A stretch of 64,000 nucleotides of DNA, from contig WFTS01000024.1 of NCBI GenBank assembly GCA_015485385.1, forward strand, positions 2,606 through 66,605. Direction: 5' to 3'. The stretch is from Kordiimonadales bacterium. GTDB taxonomy: Bacteria; Pseudomonadota; Alphaproteobacteria; Sphingomonadales; Kordiimonadaceae. The position numbers and the translations under genes are program-made. The notes below the pieces were generated by a model, which ran no database searches, was not told the origin of the DNA, and saw nothing but the letters and a program-made list of their open reading frames with translations. This document shows positions 1 to 10,290 of the stretch, in pieces. How positions within the stretch are numbered: the first letter of the stretch is position 1; each line of letters begins with the position of its first letter.

Positions 1-1259
1 GTTCTGCTGAGACAACATTATTTGCCGATGTAGCGGCAGCCGCTGGCGCCTTGAAAGATGCGATCAAGCATGTTGACCGGTGGATGAAGCCTTCCAAACG
101 TTCACTGCAGTTCCCGCTGGGCCTTCTTGGCGCAAAGGCTGAGGTTGTACCGCAGCCAAAAGGGGTTGTCGGGCTTATTACCCCGTGGAACTTCCCCCTT
201 GGAATGGTTTTTATTCCCCTTGCACAGATGCTGGCAGCGGGGAACCGGGTCATGGTCAAACCATCTGAGTTTACGCCGCGCACATCGGCCTTTTACAAAA
301 AAGTTATCTCAGCGGCTTTTGATGAAACTGAAGTTTGCATTATCAATGGAGCCGTTGAGACAAGCCAAGGCTTTGCCAGCCAGCCGTGGGATCATCTGAT
401 GTTCACAGGCGCCCCTGTCGTGGGTAAGTTGATCATGGCGGCTGCTGCGAAAAATCTTGTACCAGTGACATTGGAACTTGGCGGAAAAAGCCCTGTCGTT
501 GTTGGTAAAAGCGCGGATTTAGACATGGTTGCAGAACGCGTTGCAACCATGAAACACATGAATGCAGGGCAAATTTGCCTAGCCCCGGATTATATCAATA
601 TTGATAAAAACCGCCGCGATGAATTTGTGGCGACTTACACAGCCGCTGTCGAAAAAATGTATCCGACCATGCTGTCGAACGATCAATATACATCGATCAT
701 TACGCCGCGACACCGTGAGCGCATTGAAGGCTATATCGAAGATGCCCGAGCCAAAGGAGCCGATGTGCGCGAGATCAACCCCGCTGGTGAGGATTTTAAA
801 GGCCAAAACCAAGCCAATAAAATCCCGTCAACCTTGATCCTTGATGCGACCGACGACATGGAGGTGATGAAAAATGAAATTTTTGGACCCGTGCTGCCGG
901 TACGCACATATGATGCTATCGGTGAAACCATTGATTATGTGAATGATCACGAACGCCCACTTGCGCTTTATTATTTTGGTTTTGACAAATCCGAAGAAAC
1001 TGAGGTGCTGACACGTACGACATCAGGCGGAGTGACCGTAAACGATGTGCTGTGGCACGGCGCGCACGAAAATCTACCGTTTGGCGGTGTCGGTAATAGC
1101 GGGATCGGTCATTATCATGGCTATGATGGCTTCCTAGAGTTCAGCCATCAAAAATCCGTACTCAGACATCCCAAAATGTCTATTGGTGGTCTACTTGGCG
1201 TTGTGCCGCCCTATACGGATAAGCTTCGCAAGAATATGGAACGCCAACTGAAAAACTAG
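1..1259 (+). CDS. Aldehyde dehydrogenase, coniferyl-aldehyde/ALDH3 family (5'-truncated by window edge)
   Basis: Motifs PWNFP, GNRVMVKPSE, TLELGGKSP, catalytic Cys in NAGQICLAPDY, EIFGP and PFGGVGNSG. The frame is open from position 3 (SAETTLFADV...), so the true start lies upstream of the window. Confidence 0.9.
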   Translation, partial: SAETTLFADVAAAAGALKDAIKHVDRWMKPSKRSLQFPLGLLGAKAEVVPQPKGVVGLITPWNFPLGMVFIPLAQMLAAGNRVMVKPSEFTPRTSAFYKKVISAAFDETEVCIINGAVETSQGFASQPWDHLMFTGAPVVGKLIMAAAAKNLVPVTLELGGKSPVVVGKSADLDMVAERVATMKHMNAGQICLAPDYINIDKNRRDEFVATYTAAVEKMYPTMLSNDQYTSIITPRHRERIEGYIEDARAKGADVREINPAGEDFKGQNQANKIPSTLILDATDDMEVMKNEIFGPVLPVRTYDAIGETIDYVNDHERPLALYYFGFDKSEETEVLTRTTSGGVTVNDVLWHGAHENLPFGGVGNSGIGHYHGYDGFLEFSHQKSVLRHPKMSIGGLLGVVPPYTDKLRKNMERQLKN

Positions 1260-1268
1260 GGGGCCTGT

Positions 1269-2453
1269 TTGTCTGATTTCACCTTCACGAGTGTTGGCTC
1301 TGTCTTGGTTGAAGACGGTGCTGCAGCACGTTTGGGACAAATTCTGAAGGATAAATTTGCACCCGAATGTATTTTGCTTGTGACAGACTCAGGTTTGGTG
1401 CAACTCGGGCTTGTGGCGCCTGTATTGGCTTCCTTGGACGAGGCAGGCATACCCGTGACAGTGTTTGACGCTGTTGAGGCTGATCCTTCGGAAGCGACCG
1501 TGCAAAAAGCAGCGCTGATGGCCAAGGCGTTTCGGGCATCGTTGGTGGTTGGCTTTGGCGGCGGTAGCTCAATGGATGTGGCTAAGCTGGCTGCAGTGCT
1601 TGGGCATACAGTTGATCAGCCAGCGGTGGGCATGTTCAAAAAATATATCGGGATAAAGCCGCAGGGCCTTAGTGATATTTACGGCATGGACCAGATCAAG
1701 GGGCCACGTTTGCCCTTGGTGCAAGTGCCGACAACGGCAGGGACGGGATCAGAAGTAACGCCTATTGCAGTGGTGACCACCGGCGCGACCCGCAAAATGG
1801 GGGTAGTAGATCCAACGCTCTATGCTGATCTAGCGATATTGGATGCTACCTTGACCTCTGGTTTGCCGCGGAACATTACTGCGGCAACCGGGATTGACGC
1901 GATGGTGCATGCGATCGAGGCCTATACAAGTAACGTGAAGAAAAACCCTGTTTCGGATGCTTTGGCACGCCAAGCTATGGTGATGCTGGGCAACAGCATC
2001 GTAACCGCCTGTAACGACCCCACAGACCTTGATGCACGTCGCTCGATGTTGGTTGGGGCGATGCTAGCCGGGAAAGCATTTGCAAATGCGCCTGTGGCAG
2101 CGGTCCACGGCCTCGCTTATCCGCTGGGCGGGCATTATCATATCCCGCATGGTCTTTCAAACGCGCTTGTGCTGCCCCATGTGCTGACGTTTAATTCTGA
2201 GACCGCCCCTGATCTATATGCAGAACTCGCTGTTCTTATGAAGCAAGGCGAAAGCGCGGAAAGCTTTATCTCATGGCTAGACTATATCGCTGACAGTGTT
2301 GGCATTGAACGTCGTCTGCGGGATATGAATATCCCACACAGTGATCTCCCTATGCTGGCGGAGGACGCAATGCTGCAATCAAGGCTCTTGGTGAATAACC
2401 CGCGCGCAGTGTCACAAGCGGATGCGCTGTCTATCTACGAGGCAGCGTGGTGA
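1269..2453 (+). CDS. Iron-containing alcohol dehydrogenase
   Basis: GFGGGSSMD, PTTAGTGSE, GIDAMVHAIE and the His ligands in VHGLAYPLGGHYHIPHG. Confidence 0.9.
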   Translation: MSDFTFTSVGSVLVEDGAAARLGQILKDKFAPECILLVTDSGLVQLGLVAPVLASLDEAGIPVTVFDAVEADPSEATVQKAALMAKAFRASLVVGFGGGSSMDVAKLAAVLGHTVDQPAVGMFKKYIGIKPQGLSDIYGMDQIKGPRLPLVQVPTTAGTGSEVTPIAVVTTGATRKMGVVDPTLYADLAILDATLTSGLPRNITAATGIDAMVHAIEAYTSNVKKNPVSDALARQAMVMLGNSIVTACNDPTDLDARRSMLVGAMLAGKAFANAPVAAVHGLAYPLGGHYHIPHGLSNALVLPHVLTFNSETAPDLYAELAVLMKQGESAESFISWLDYIADSVGIERRLRDMNIPHSDLPMLAEDAMLQSRLLVNNPRAVSQADALSIYEAAW

Positions 2454-2893
2454 ATGGCGCGCAAAAAAGGCAATTGAAGGGGGCATACCCTTATATTGCA
2501 GATATACCCACGCGGTGGATGGACAATGACACATATGGCCATGTGAATAATGTCAATTATTACAGTTATTTTGATACCGCTGTGAATAGCTTTCTGATCA
2601 ATGGTGGCGGGCTTGATATTCATAGCGGCCAAGTGATTGGCTTAGTGGTTGAAACCGGGTGCAAATATTTTGCCTCAATATCGTTTCCGGATGTGGTGCA
2701 AGCCGCCATCCGGGTTTGCCATATAGGCAATGCAAGTGTGCGCTATGAAATAGGCTTATTCCTAGAAGGTGACGAGCAGCCAGTCGCCGAAGGATATTTT
2801 GTTCATGTTTATGTGGACAGAACCACCCGCCGCCCCACTTCATTACCAGAAGAACTGCGATCGCTTTTAGAGACAATCAAACTCGGCGATTAA
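2450..2893 (+). CDS. Acyl-CoA thioesterase (4HBT/YbgC hot-dog family)
   Basis: RWMDNDTYGHVNN motif. The GTGA start overlaps the upstream stop. Confidence 0.85.
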   Translation: MNGAQKRQLKGAYPYIADIPTRWMDNDTYGHVNNVNYYSYFDTAVNSFLINGGGLDIHSGQVIGLVVETGCKYFASISFPDVVQAAIRVCHIGNASVRYEIGLFLEGDEQPVAEGYFVHVYVDRTTRRPTSLPEELRSLLETIKLGD

Positions 2894-2914
2894 TTAGACC
2901 ACTGGGAGGTTTTT

Positions 2915-3718
2915 TTGGACGTTAAAGATAAAATCATCGTCATAACCGGCGGCGCGAGCGGCATAGGCAAGGCCTTGGCTGAACTGTTTGCAAGTGAAGG
3001 CGCAAAAGCGATTGCAATTGCCGACATGGATATTGAGGGCGCGCAAGCAGTAGCGACGGCTATTGGTCCTCAAGCAAAAGCCTATAAGTTGGATGTTACG
3101 GACGAGCAAGCCGTGTTCGATATGGTTGCAGACATCGAAAAAAATTACGGTGACGTTGATCTTTATTGTTCAAACGCCGGGATTATTTTCTCTGATGCAC
3201 CGGACTGGAAAACCACCAGTCAAACCAATGATCAGTGGCAGAAAATTTGGGAAGTGAACGTATTGGCGCATGTTCTTGCTTGCCGTGCGGTGCTAGAAAA
3301 GATGATTGCACGCGGGGAGGGCGGCTTTATGGTCACAGCGTCTGCCGCAGGGCTTCTGAGCCAGATTGGCGACACATCTTATTCCACCACCAAGCATGCA
3401 GCGGTTGGGTTTGCCGAAAGTTTGGCAATAACTAACGGCGATGATGGTATCTATGTGGGCTGCATTTGCCCGCAAGCCGTGAAATCTAAGATGACAGCCG
3501 GTGTGGAAGATAGCTCAGCCGGTGTGGACGGTGTGATGGAAGCCGATGAATTTGCGCGTCGGGTGCTTACTCAAATGCGCGAAGGCCGATTTATGATCCG
3601 TCCTCACGATACGGTGGAGGGATATTTCCTGAGCAAAGCCCAGAATTATGATCGCTGGATTGGGGGCATGCGCAAGTTTCGTCGGCACCAGATGGAAACC
3701 ACCGGCAAGCCAATTTAA
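2915..3718 (+). CDS. Short-chain dehydrogenase/reductase
   Basis: TGGASGIG, SNAG, YSTTK; GGAGG RBS before a TTG start. Confidence 0.88.
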   Translation: MDVKDKIIVITGGASGIGKALAELFASEGAKAIAIADMDIEGAQAVATAIGPQAKAYKLDVTDEQAVFDMVADIEKNYGDVDLYCSNAGIIFSDAPDWKTTSQTNDQWQKIWEVNVLAHVLACRAVLEKMIARGEGGFMVTASAAGLLSQIGDTSYSTTKHAAVGFAESLAITNGDDGIYVGCICPQAVKSKMTAGVEDSSAGVDGVMEADEFARRVLTQMREGRFMIRPHDTVEGYFLSKAQNYDRWIGGMRKFRRHQMETTGKPI

Positions 3719-3760
3719 AAATTAGCGGCCAGTTTAAGACTAAAAGTAAGGGAAGCCCTG

Positions 3761-4528
3761 ATGGATTATACAAAATTATTGGATTTCACTGGCAAGACTG
3801 TTTTTGTTAGCGGTTCGTCGCGCGGCATTGGCGAGGCCTTGGTACGCGCCTTTGCAGCCAACGGTGCTGATGTGATTGTCTCTAGCCGCGACCAAGCTGC
3901 CTGTGAAGACGTTGCGGCCAGTATCCGCGCTGATGGCTTTAAGGCAACGGCCAAAGCCTGCCATGCTGGAAAAATGGAAGATATTGCCGCTGTTTTTAAC
4001 TGGATCAAAAGTGAATACGGCAAGCTAGATGTGTTGGTAAACTGCGGGGGAACCAATCCTTATTATGGGAAAATAGCAGAAACACCCGAAGCGGCTTTTG
4101 ATAAAACGATTGATGTTAATCTTAAGGGGCCGTTTTACCTATCATCCAAAGCGGTGGAAATGATGAAAGCGGCGGGCGGCGGTGCGATTGTGAATGTGGC
4201 ATCCATCAACGGTAAAATTCCTGGTGATTTGCAGGGAATTTATTCAATGACTAAATCGGCAATGATCAATATGACACAAGCTTTCGCTCGGGAATATGGG
4301 CATGACGGCATCCGGGTAAATGCAATCTGCCCAGGCTTGGTGGATACAAAAATGACGGCTGTCTTTACGTCCAACGATGACATGCTGTCCAAATTTACCA
4401 AACGTTTTCCTATCCCGCGCGCAGGAAAACCTGAAGATATGGTTGGCGGCGTTCTGTATTTGGCATCGGATTCTGCGGCCTTCACCACTGGCACAACGCT
4501 TGTTATGGACGGCGGCGTTTTAGCTTAA
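3761..4528 (+). CDS. Short-chain dehydrogenase/reductase (DHRS4/FabG-like)
   Basis: SGSSRGIG, NPYYG, YSMTK, IRVNAICPG. Confidence 0.88.
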   Translation: MDYTKLLDFTGKTVFVSGSSRGIGEALVRAFAANGADVIVSSRDQAACEDVAASIRADGFKATAKACHAGKMEDIAAVFNWIKSEYGKLDVLVNCGGTNPYYGKIAETPEAAFDKTIDVNLKGPFYLSSKAVEMMKAAGGGAIVNVASINGKIPGDLQGIYSMTKSAMINMTQAFAREYGHDGIRVNAICPGLVDTKMTAVFTSNDDMLSKFTKRFPIPRAGKPEDMVGGVLYLASDSAAFTTGTTLVMDGGVLA

Positions 4529-4544
4529 TAATACGGAGGGCTCT

Positions 4545-5612
4545 ATGTCAGATGAACTCAATAAAACGGTTAGTGTGCGTGAAGGCGAAGAACTTGATGT
4601 TCGTGTAATAGATGCTGTCATGCGAGAGCATATAGACGGCCTCAAAGGGACGCCGATCATTCGTCAATTTGCCAGCGGCCATTCGAACCTGACGTATTCA
4701 ATTCAGTATGAGGACCGCAATCTAGTATTGCGCCGCCCGCCCTTTGGAACGCGTCCCAAATCTGGTCACAGTATGATCCGGGAATTTAGGGTCATGAATG
4801 CTTTAAAACCGGCGTTTCCAGCCGTTCCAGAGACATATTTTCATGTCACAGAGAGTCACAGTCCACTGTGCGCTGAATTTTATGTTATGGAACAAGTGGT
4901 TGGCCGGAAATTAGAGCGTCACATCCCCAAGTCATGGGGGTTTGGTGAAAAAGAGGGCCGAAAATTGTGCCTCTCTTTCTTTAACAAGTTGATTGAACTG
5001 CATAAAGTTGATTATCAAGCCGTTGGCCTTGGCGACTTTGGCAAGCCTGAAGGCTATGTCGAACGCCAAGTTTTGGGCTGGAATCGTCGCTATGAAAAGG
5101 CCCTAACTGACGATGTGCAGGCCTTTACCGATGTCCGAAAATGGCTGGTTGATAATATGCCAAAAGGTGAGGTGGCACACAGTATACTGCATGGGGATTA
5201 TCGGCTGGATAATGTTATTTTATGTGAAGAAAATCCCTTTGAAATCAAGGCGATACTTGATTGGGAAATCAGCGCGCTTGGTGATCCGTTGATGGATTTT
5301 GGCAATACACTTGCATATTGGACAGAGGCCAGCGACCCAGACGAGATGAAAGCCATGTGCATGCAACCTTGTATGGCCCCGGGCATGTTGTCCCGCGCGG
5401 AAATCTGCGAATTATATGCCCGTGAGACAGGCTATGATCTGTCGAATATCAACTATTATTTGGTTTACGGCATTTTCCGGCTCGCGGTGATTTTACAACA
5501 GATCTATTACCGCTATTATCACGGGCAAACTAAAAACCCTGTTTTCAAAGCCTTTGGTGGCCGCACCGACATGCTCGGAAATTACGCTAGGGCCTTGATT
5601 GATAAGGGTTAA
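4545..5612 (+). CDS. Phosphotransferase (APH family; LvaA/ACAD10-11 kinase-domain-like)
   Basis: GHSNLTY, VLRRPP, Brenner motif HGDYRLDN, LDWE and GDPLMD. Confidence 0.85.
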   Translation: MSDELNKTVSVREGEELDVRVIDAVMREHIDGLKGTPIIRQFASGHSNLTYSIQYEDRNLVLRRPPFGTRPKSGHSMIREFRVMNALKPAFPAVPETYFHVTESHSPLCAEFYVMEQVVGRKLERHIPKSWGFGEKEGRKLCLSFFNKLIELHKVDYQAVGLGDFGKPEGYVERQVLGWNRRYEKALTDDVQAFTDVRKWLVDNMPKGEVAHSILHGDYRLDNVILCEENPFEIKAILDWEISALGDPLMDFGNTLAYWTEASDPDEMKAMCMQPCMAPGMLSRAEICELYARETGYDLSNINYYLVYGIFRLAVILQQIYYRYYHGQTKNPVFKAFGGRTDMLGNYARALIDKG

Positions 5613-5696
5613 ATTTGGTTCAAGTACACTTGCTTCAGACGCTCCGTCTCATATGGACGAAAAGCAATAGACACCAAGAATATAACCGCTTTAAGC

Positions 5697-6578
5697 TTAT
5701 TTTCGAAGCTTATCTTTTTCGTCTGCGGTCAGGCGAAGCAAGCTTTCTTGGGCGGTAGAGGCGATTAGGCGACCGTCTGTTGCATAGAGCGCCCCGCGCG
5801 CCAAACCTCGGCCTTTGCCTGACCAATAGCCTTCGGTTTTGTAAAACACCCAATCATCAACACGGAAATTATCCCTGTGGAACCACATGGCATGGTCAAG
5901 ACTTGCCACTGTTTTCAGTCGTGGGTCGCGCGGGATCATTGCGTGTGGCCGTAAATTGCTGGAAAGAAAGGCAAAATCAGAAATATAGGCAAGCAGGCGG
6001 GCATGTAGTGGCTGGTTGCTGCCGATGGTTTCTTTCAGCTTGAACCAATAGCCTGTCACTGGGTCTTTAGGCTGCGGGTCCTCTAAATCCATACGGTCAA
6101 TGGATCGCATTTCAAAAGGCATATAGGGCCGATTTTTTGGCTGTTTTCCGAACGCTTTTAAAATGCGTGAATAATATTCTTCATCGTCTGTTAGGTCTTC
6201 GGGGCGCGGTACATCTGGCATATCTATTTGGTGCGAAACACCTTCTTCGCCCACATGGAACGATGCAGCAAGTGTGAAAATCGCTTCGCCGTTTTGAATG
6301 GCCACAACGCGCCGTGTCGCAAAGCTGCGACCGTCCCGGATCGGGTCAACATCATAGATGATTGGCTGACCGTGAATGCCGGGGCGCAGAAAATAGCTAT
6401 GCAGCGAATGCAGGCGAAACCGATCGTCTACCGTAAGGTTGGTGGCTTCCATAGCCTGCGCAATGACATGGCCGCCAAACACATGCTTGTTGGGCCAATC
6501 ATTAGGGTTGCCGCGAAACAAAAGTGTATCCAGCCGTTCTACGGCAAGTGCATCAATGATCGGTTGTACAGACGACAT
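5697..6578 (-). CDS. tesB: Acyl-CoA thioesterase II
   Basis: VFGGHVIAQA, HSLHSYFLRPG, RDGRSF, LAYISD, ASLDHAMWFH. Confidence 0.9.
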   Translation of the reverse strand: MSSVQPIIDALAVERLDTLLFRGNPNDWPNKHVFGGHVIAQAMEATNLTVDDRFRLHSLHSYFLRPGIHGQPIIYDVDPIRDGRSFATRRVVAIQNGEAIFTLAASFHVGEEGVSHQIDMPDVPRPEDLTDDEEYYSRILKAFGKQPKNRPYMPFEMRSIDRMDLEDPQPKDPVTGYWFKLKETIGSNQPLHARLLAYISDFAFLSSNLRPHAMIPRDPRLKTVASLDHAMWFHRDNFRVDDWVFYKTEGYWSGKGRGLARGALYATDGRLIASTAQESLLRLTADEKDKLRK

Positions 6579-6611
6579 ACATGCCCCTTTAGACAGTGAT
6601 GTGAATTTATT

Positions 6612-7391
6612 TTAGTCGCGGAAACTTGGGTCTAGGCGGTCCATTTTACGCATGAGCGCTGGCCAGACAAAGTTATCGGCCCCGTTTGCGCCAGCAACGA
6701 CCAAAAGGTCACGAAGGGCGTTTGAAACACTTTCTTCGCTCATGGGGTATAGCTCTTGGCCTGTACTTTGCGATATTATTTGAACTTTACAGGCTTTTTC
6801 GACAAAGAACATCAATTCAAATGCCTGAGCAACGGTTGGTCCGGCGGTTAGGGTGCCGTGGTTCCTAAGGATCAGGGCTGATTTGTCCCCCATGTCGGCG
6901 ATAAGGCGTTCTTTTTCGCCTTCGTTCACGGCAAAGCCTTCATAGTCATGATAGGCGATATTTGCGGCCGCTGGGATGCTGCTTTGGCATAGCATTTGAA
7001 GCCCATCTTTTTGGTTCGAAACCGCGACACCGTAATCTGTGTGCAGATGGATAACGCAGTTAGCATCTTCGCGGGCTGCGTGGATGGCACTGTGGATAAC
7101 AAAACCTGCGGCGTTCGGATGATAAGGAGTATCCATCAGAACATTTCCATTAAGATCTACTTTGATCAGGCTTGAGGCGGTAATTTCTTCAAACATTAAG
7201 CCTAAAGGGTTGATCAGGAAATGATGGTCCGAGCCAGGAATACGGCAGGATAAGTGGGTGTATATAAGGTCATCCCAGCCAAAATGAGCACAAAGTCTGT
7301 AAGCTGCCGCTAAATTCACGCGCGCTTCCCATTCTTGTGCTGATACTTGGTCCTGAATGGATGGTATATCTAAGGCGCCTGATTTTGCCAT
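6612..7391 (-). CDS. Class II aldolase/adducin family protein
   Basis: IYTHLSCR, FVIHSAIH, CVIHLHT, LILRNHG zinc ligands. Confidence 0.88.
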   Translation of the reverse strand: MAKSGALDIPSIQDQVSAQEWEARVNLAAAYRLCAHFGWDDLIYTHLSCRIPGSDHHFLINPLGLMFEEITASSLIKVDLNGNVLMDTPYHPNAAGFVIHSAIHAAREDANCVIHLHTDYGVAVSNQKDGLQMLCQSSIPAAANIAYHDYEGFAVNEGEKERLIADMGDKSALILRNHGTLTAGPTVAQAFELMFFVEKACKVQIISQSTGQELYPMSEESVSNALRDLLVVAGANGADNFVWPALMRKMDRLDPSFRD

Positions 7392-7505
7392 CGAGTTTCT
7401 CCTGACAGTAGCTTTTTGTTTGGAGCCGCTTATTTAGCGCTCCTTTAAGGTGAAGAATAGACCGAATTCTGACCGTGGCTAGTTGAAATTCATTTTTTGC
7501 ACGCT

Positions 7506-8924
7506 TTACTGATATTCTATTTCATCCGGATGGGTCGCGGCAAAGCTGCGTATTGGTTCGCGGCTTACACCGGCCACAGATTGAACAGCCAGAGGGATAT
7601 GCTTTCCTGCCGCTGTGAGCCATTTTCTGGATCGAAAGCGTACAATAAGCAAGGTGGCTTTGATGCTGTAATCGGCAATTATAACAGCATACATCATCTC
7701 AACAGGTCCCCCAAACGCGCGAACGGCAAAGCCAATGGAAAGCCGTCCAACAATCATGCCTGCAAATGTCACAACTAGAGGAAAACGTGTATCGCCTCCG
7801 CCCCGTAGCGCCCCGCCAATTGCAAACTCAATAGCCATTAGAGGCATAATCAAGGCTAAGATTAAGATGAAGGACTGTGTATGCGCTCTGACTTCAGGGT
7901 CAATGGATAGCATCGCAGCAAGAGGCTCTCTGGCCGCGAAGGTCAGGACAGCCATAAGTGTCATGCCGACAATTGCCAACCGCATAGCCATCCAGCCTTG
8001 TTGCATCGCCGCTTCTGTGTCGCCGGTACCAAGGCTTTGCCCAGACAGGGTTGCGCTCGCCGCACCAAATCCTAGCCCGACAACAATGCACACACTCAAG
8101 ACTGTAATGCCAATGCCGTAGGCAGCGAAGGCCGCCGTGCCGTATCCGCTGATCAGCACCATGAAAGCAAGAAAGCTGGACTGAATAAGAACCTGCTCCA
8201 AAGCTGCAGGCGCTCCGATATGGATCAATTGTGTCAGCCGGACTTTATCTGCAACTGCCGTATGCACTGGTTTTAAGGCGTAGCGTCCAAGGGTCCATTT
8301 GATCAGAAACCAGAGCACAACAGTAAATTGTCCGATGGCTGTGCCTATAGGGATGCCGCCTATGCCCATTAGGGGCAAGCCAAATAAACCATGCACTAAT
8401 ATGTACGAGCCTGCGATGCCAAGCCCTGTGGCATAGGCACTGAACACCAAAGGACGCACAACATCGCCAATGGCTCTAAAGCTGGTTGCGATCGTGAGTG
8501 TCAGCGCAAAGATAAAGTTTAAAAGGGCAGCCGGGCGCACATACTCTAACGCCAATTGGCTTGATAAATCATCCAGATTAAAAATACCGACAAAGTGCGG
8601 AGCAAATATATATGTGACAGACCCTAATGATAGGGCCATTAACACTGAAAGCGTAAGAGAAGTTGTGGTCGCGGCTGAGGCCTCAGTTTTGTCGTCAGCG
8701 CCCCATGCGCGGGCTACAACCGCTGTTGTTGCGACAGAAAGTGCCATAGCCGCCGCCATCAAAAGGAAATGAATGCGCCCGCCTGTGACAACCGCCGCAC
8801 TGGCCGCAGATCCAAACGGAGCCACGATCCATAAATGTGCAAAACTGATGAATACCATCAGGATATTACTGATGATATTTGGGCCTGCCAGCCGCCAGAC
8901 ATTTTGGTAGGTTAAATTTTTCAT
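7506..8924 (-). CDS. MATE family efflux transporter
   Basis: About 12 hydrophobic segments in two repeats (FRAIGD..P; LRGGGDT..P) and IGAPAALEQ. Start placed at MKNLTY. Confidence 0.85.
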   Translation of the reverse strand: MKNLTYQNVWRLAGPNIISNILMVFISFAHLWIVAPFGSAASAAVVTGGRIHFLLMAAAMALSVATTAVVARAWGADDKTEASAATTTSLTLSVLMALSLGSVTYIFAPHFVGIFNLDDLSSQLALEYVRPAALLNFIFALTLTIATSFRAIGDVVRPLVFSAYATGLGIAGSYILVHGLFGLPLMGIGGIPIGTAIGQFTVVLWFLIKWTLGRYALKPVHTAVADKVRLTQLIHIGAPAALEQVLIQSSFLAFMVLISGYGTAAFAAYGIGITVLSVCIVVGLGFGAASATLSGQSLGTGDTEAAMQQGWMAMRLAIVGMTLMAVLTFAAREPLAAMLSIDPEVRAHTQSFILILALIMPLMAIEFAIGGALRGGGDTRFPLVVTFAGMIVGRLSIGFAVRAFGGPVEMMYAVIIADYSIKATLLIVRFRSRKWLTAAGKHIPLAVQSVAGVSREPIRSFAATHPDEIEYQ

Positions 8925-9109
8925 AAGGTCTTTGGCACCGTGTAACAGGCTATTTTTAACCGCAAAATAAGTAAATAAATGCATTAATCAATCTTGACTT
9001 AGGGCAATCTCGCCCGATGTCACTTCTAAAGAGAATATCCTACTGACACGTGAGAGAATTGGCATTCCGTAAAACGGTCCGTGTCATTGGGCCATCTGGA
9101 GGGAAATAT

Positions 9110-10279
9110 ATGAGTGACTTGGAAGCGTTCCGCAGTGAAACACGAGACTGGCTTGAAACAAATTGTCCGCCACTGATGCGAACACCAAGCACTGGTGAAG
9201 CCGATATTTGCTGGGGTGGTAAAACCTTTGTCTTTCAATCGGATGATCAAAAATTATGGCTAGAGCGTATGGGCGCTCGCGGTTGGACAGTGCCAACATG
9301 GCCAAAAGAATACGGCGGTGGAGGCCTTTCAAAAGAAGAAGCTAAGATTTTGGCGTCAGAAATGCGTCGGATCAAGGCCCGTAGTCCATTGGTGTCTTTT
9401 GGCATCTGGATGCTTGGGCCGGCCCTTTTGAAATTTGGAACCCATGAGCAAAAGCTTGAGCATCTCCCCAAAATCGCTCGCGGTGAAATTCGTTGGTGTC
9501 AGGGGTATTCGGAACCAAACGCAGGCTCTGATCTAGCTGCCTTGGCGACCAAAGCCGAAGATAAAGGCGACCATTATATTATCAATGGTCAAAAAGTTTG
9601 GACCAGTTACGCTGACAAAGCGGATTGGATATTCTGCCTTGTGCGCACGGATTTTGAGGCGAGCAAACATACGGGCATCAGCTTTATATTATTTGATATG
9701 GACCAAAAAGGCGTCACGACTAAGCCGATACTTCTGATCTCTGGAAACTCTCCGTTTTGTGAAACCTTCTTTGATGATGCGATTGCCTTGAAATCCAATC
9801 TTGTGGGCGAAGAAAACAAAGGTTGGACGATCGCTAAATACCTGCTGACGCATGAACGCACCGGCATTAGCGACATGGGATTACCAACCCCTCTTAATGC
9901 GCTCGCTGTTGATAAACTTGGCACCAAAAATGGTGAAATAGCCGATAAAATGCTGCGTCACCAGATCGCCGAGCATGAAATTGATGCAGCGGCCTTTATG
10001 TTTACGCTAGAGCGCGCGAAAGACGAGGCCAAAGCAGGCGGTGATATGGGGGCCTTCTCTAGTATGTTGAAGGGGTATGGGACTGAGTTGAATAAAGATC
10101 GTCATGAATTGATCCTGAAAGTAAATGGATCAGATGCGTTTGAGTGGGAGGGGCAATTTTCTAACAATGGAGAAATTGCACGCAATTGGTTGCGAACCAA
10201 GGCCAATTCGATTGAAGGCGGCACCACTGAGGTGCAGCTGAACATCATCGCAAAACGCATTCTCAATTTGCCAGCGTAA
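9110..10279 (+). CDS. Acyl-CoA dehydrogenase, catalytic subunit of a PimC/FadE-type pair
   Basis: WCQGYSEPNAGSDLA, INGQKVWTS, LTHER, NSIEGGT. ATG at 9110 follows a GGAGGG RBS. Confidence 0.9.
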   Translation: MSDLEAFRSETRDWLETNCPPLMRTPSTGEADICWGGKTFVFQSDDQKLWLERMGARGWTVPTWPKEYGGGGLSKEEAKILASEMRRIKARSPLVSFGIWMLGPALLKFGTHEQKLEHLPKIARGEIRWCQGYSEPNAGSDLAALATKAEDKGDHYIINGQKVWTSYADKADWIFCLVRTDFEASKHTGISFILFDMDQKGVTTKPILLISGNSPFCETFFDDAIALKSNLVGEENKGWTIAKYLLTHERTGISDMGLPTPLNALAVDKLGTKNGEIADKMLRHQIAEHEIDAAAFMFTLERAKDEAKAGGDMGAFSSMLKGYGTELNKDRHELILKVNGSDAFEWEGQFSNNGEIARNWLRTKANSIEGGTTEVQLNIIAKRILNLPA

Positions 10280-10290
10280 GGAGTGATTTC

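Noticed and set aside
7091-7099. DnaA box (TTATCCACA on the minus strand)
   Set aside because: It is a single copy inside a coding region with no origin context.
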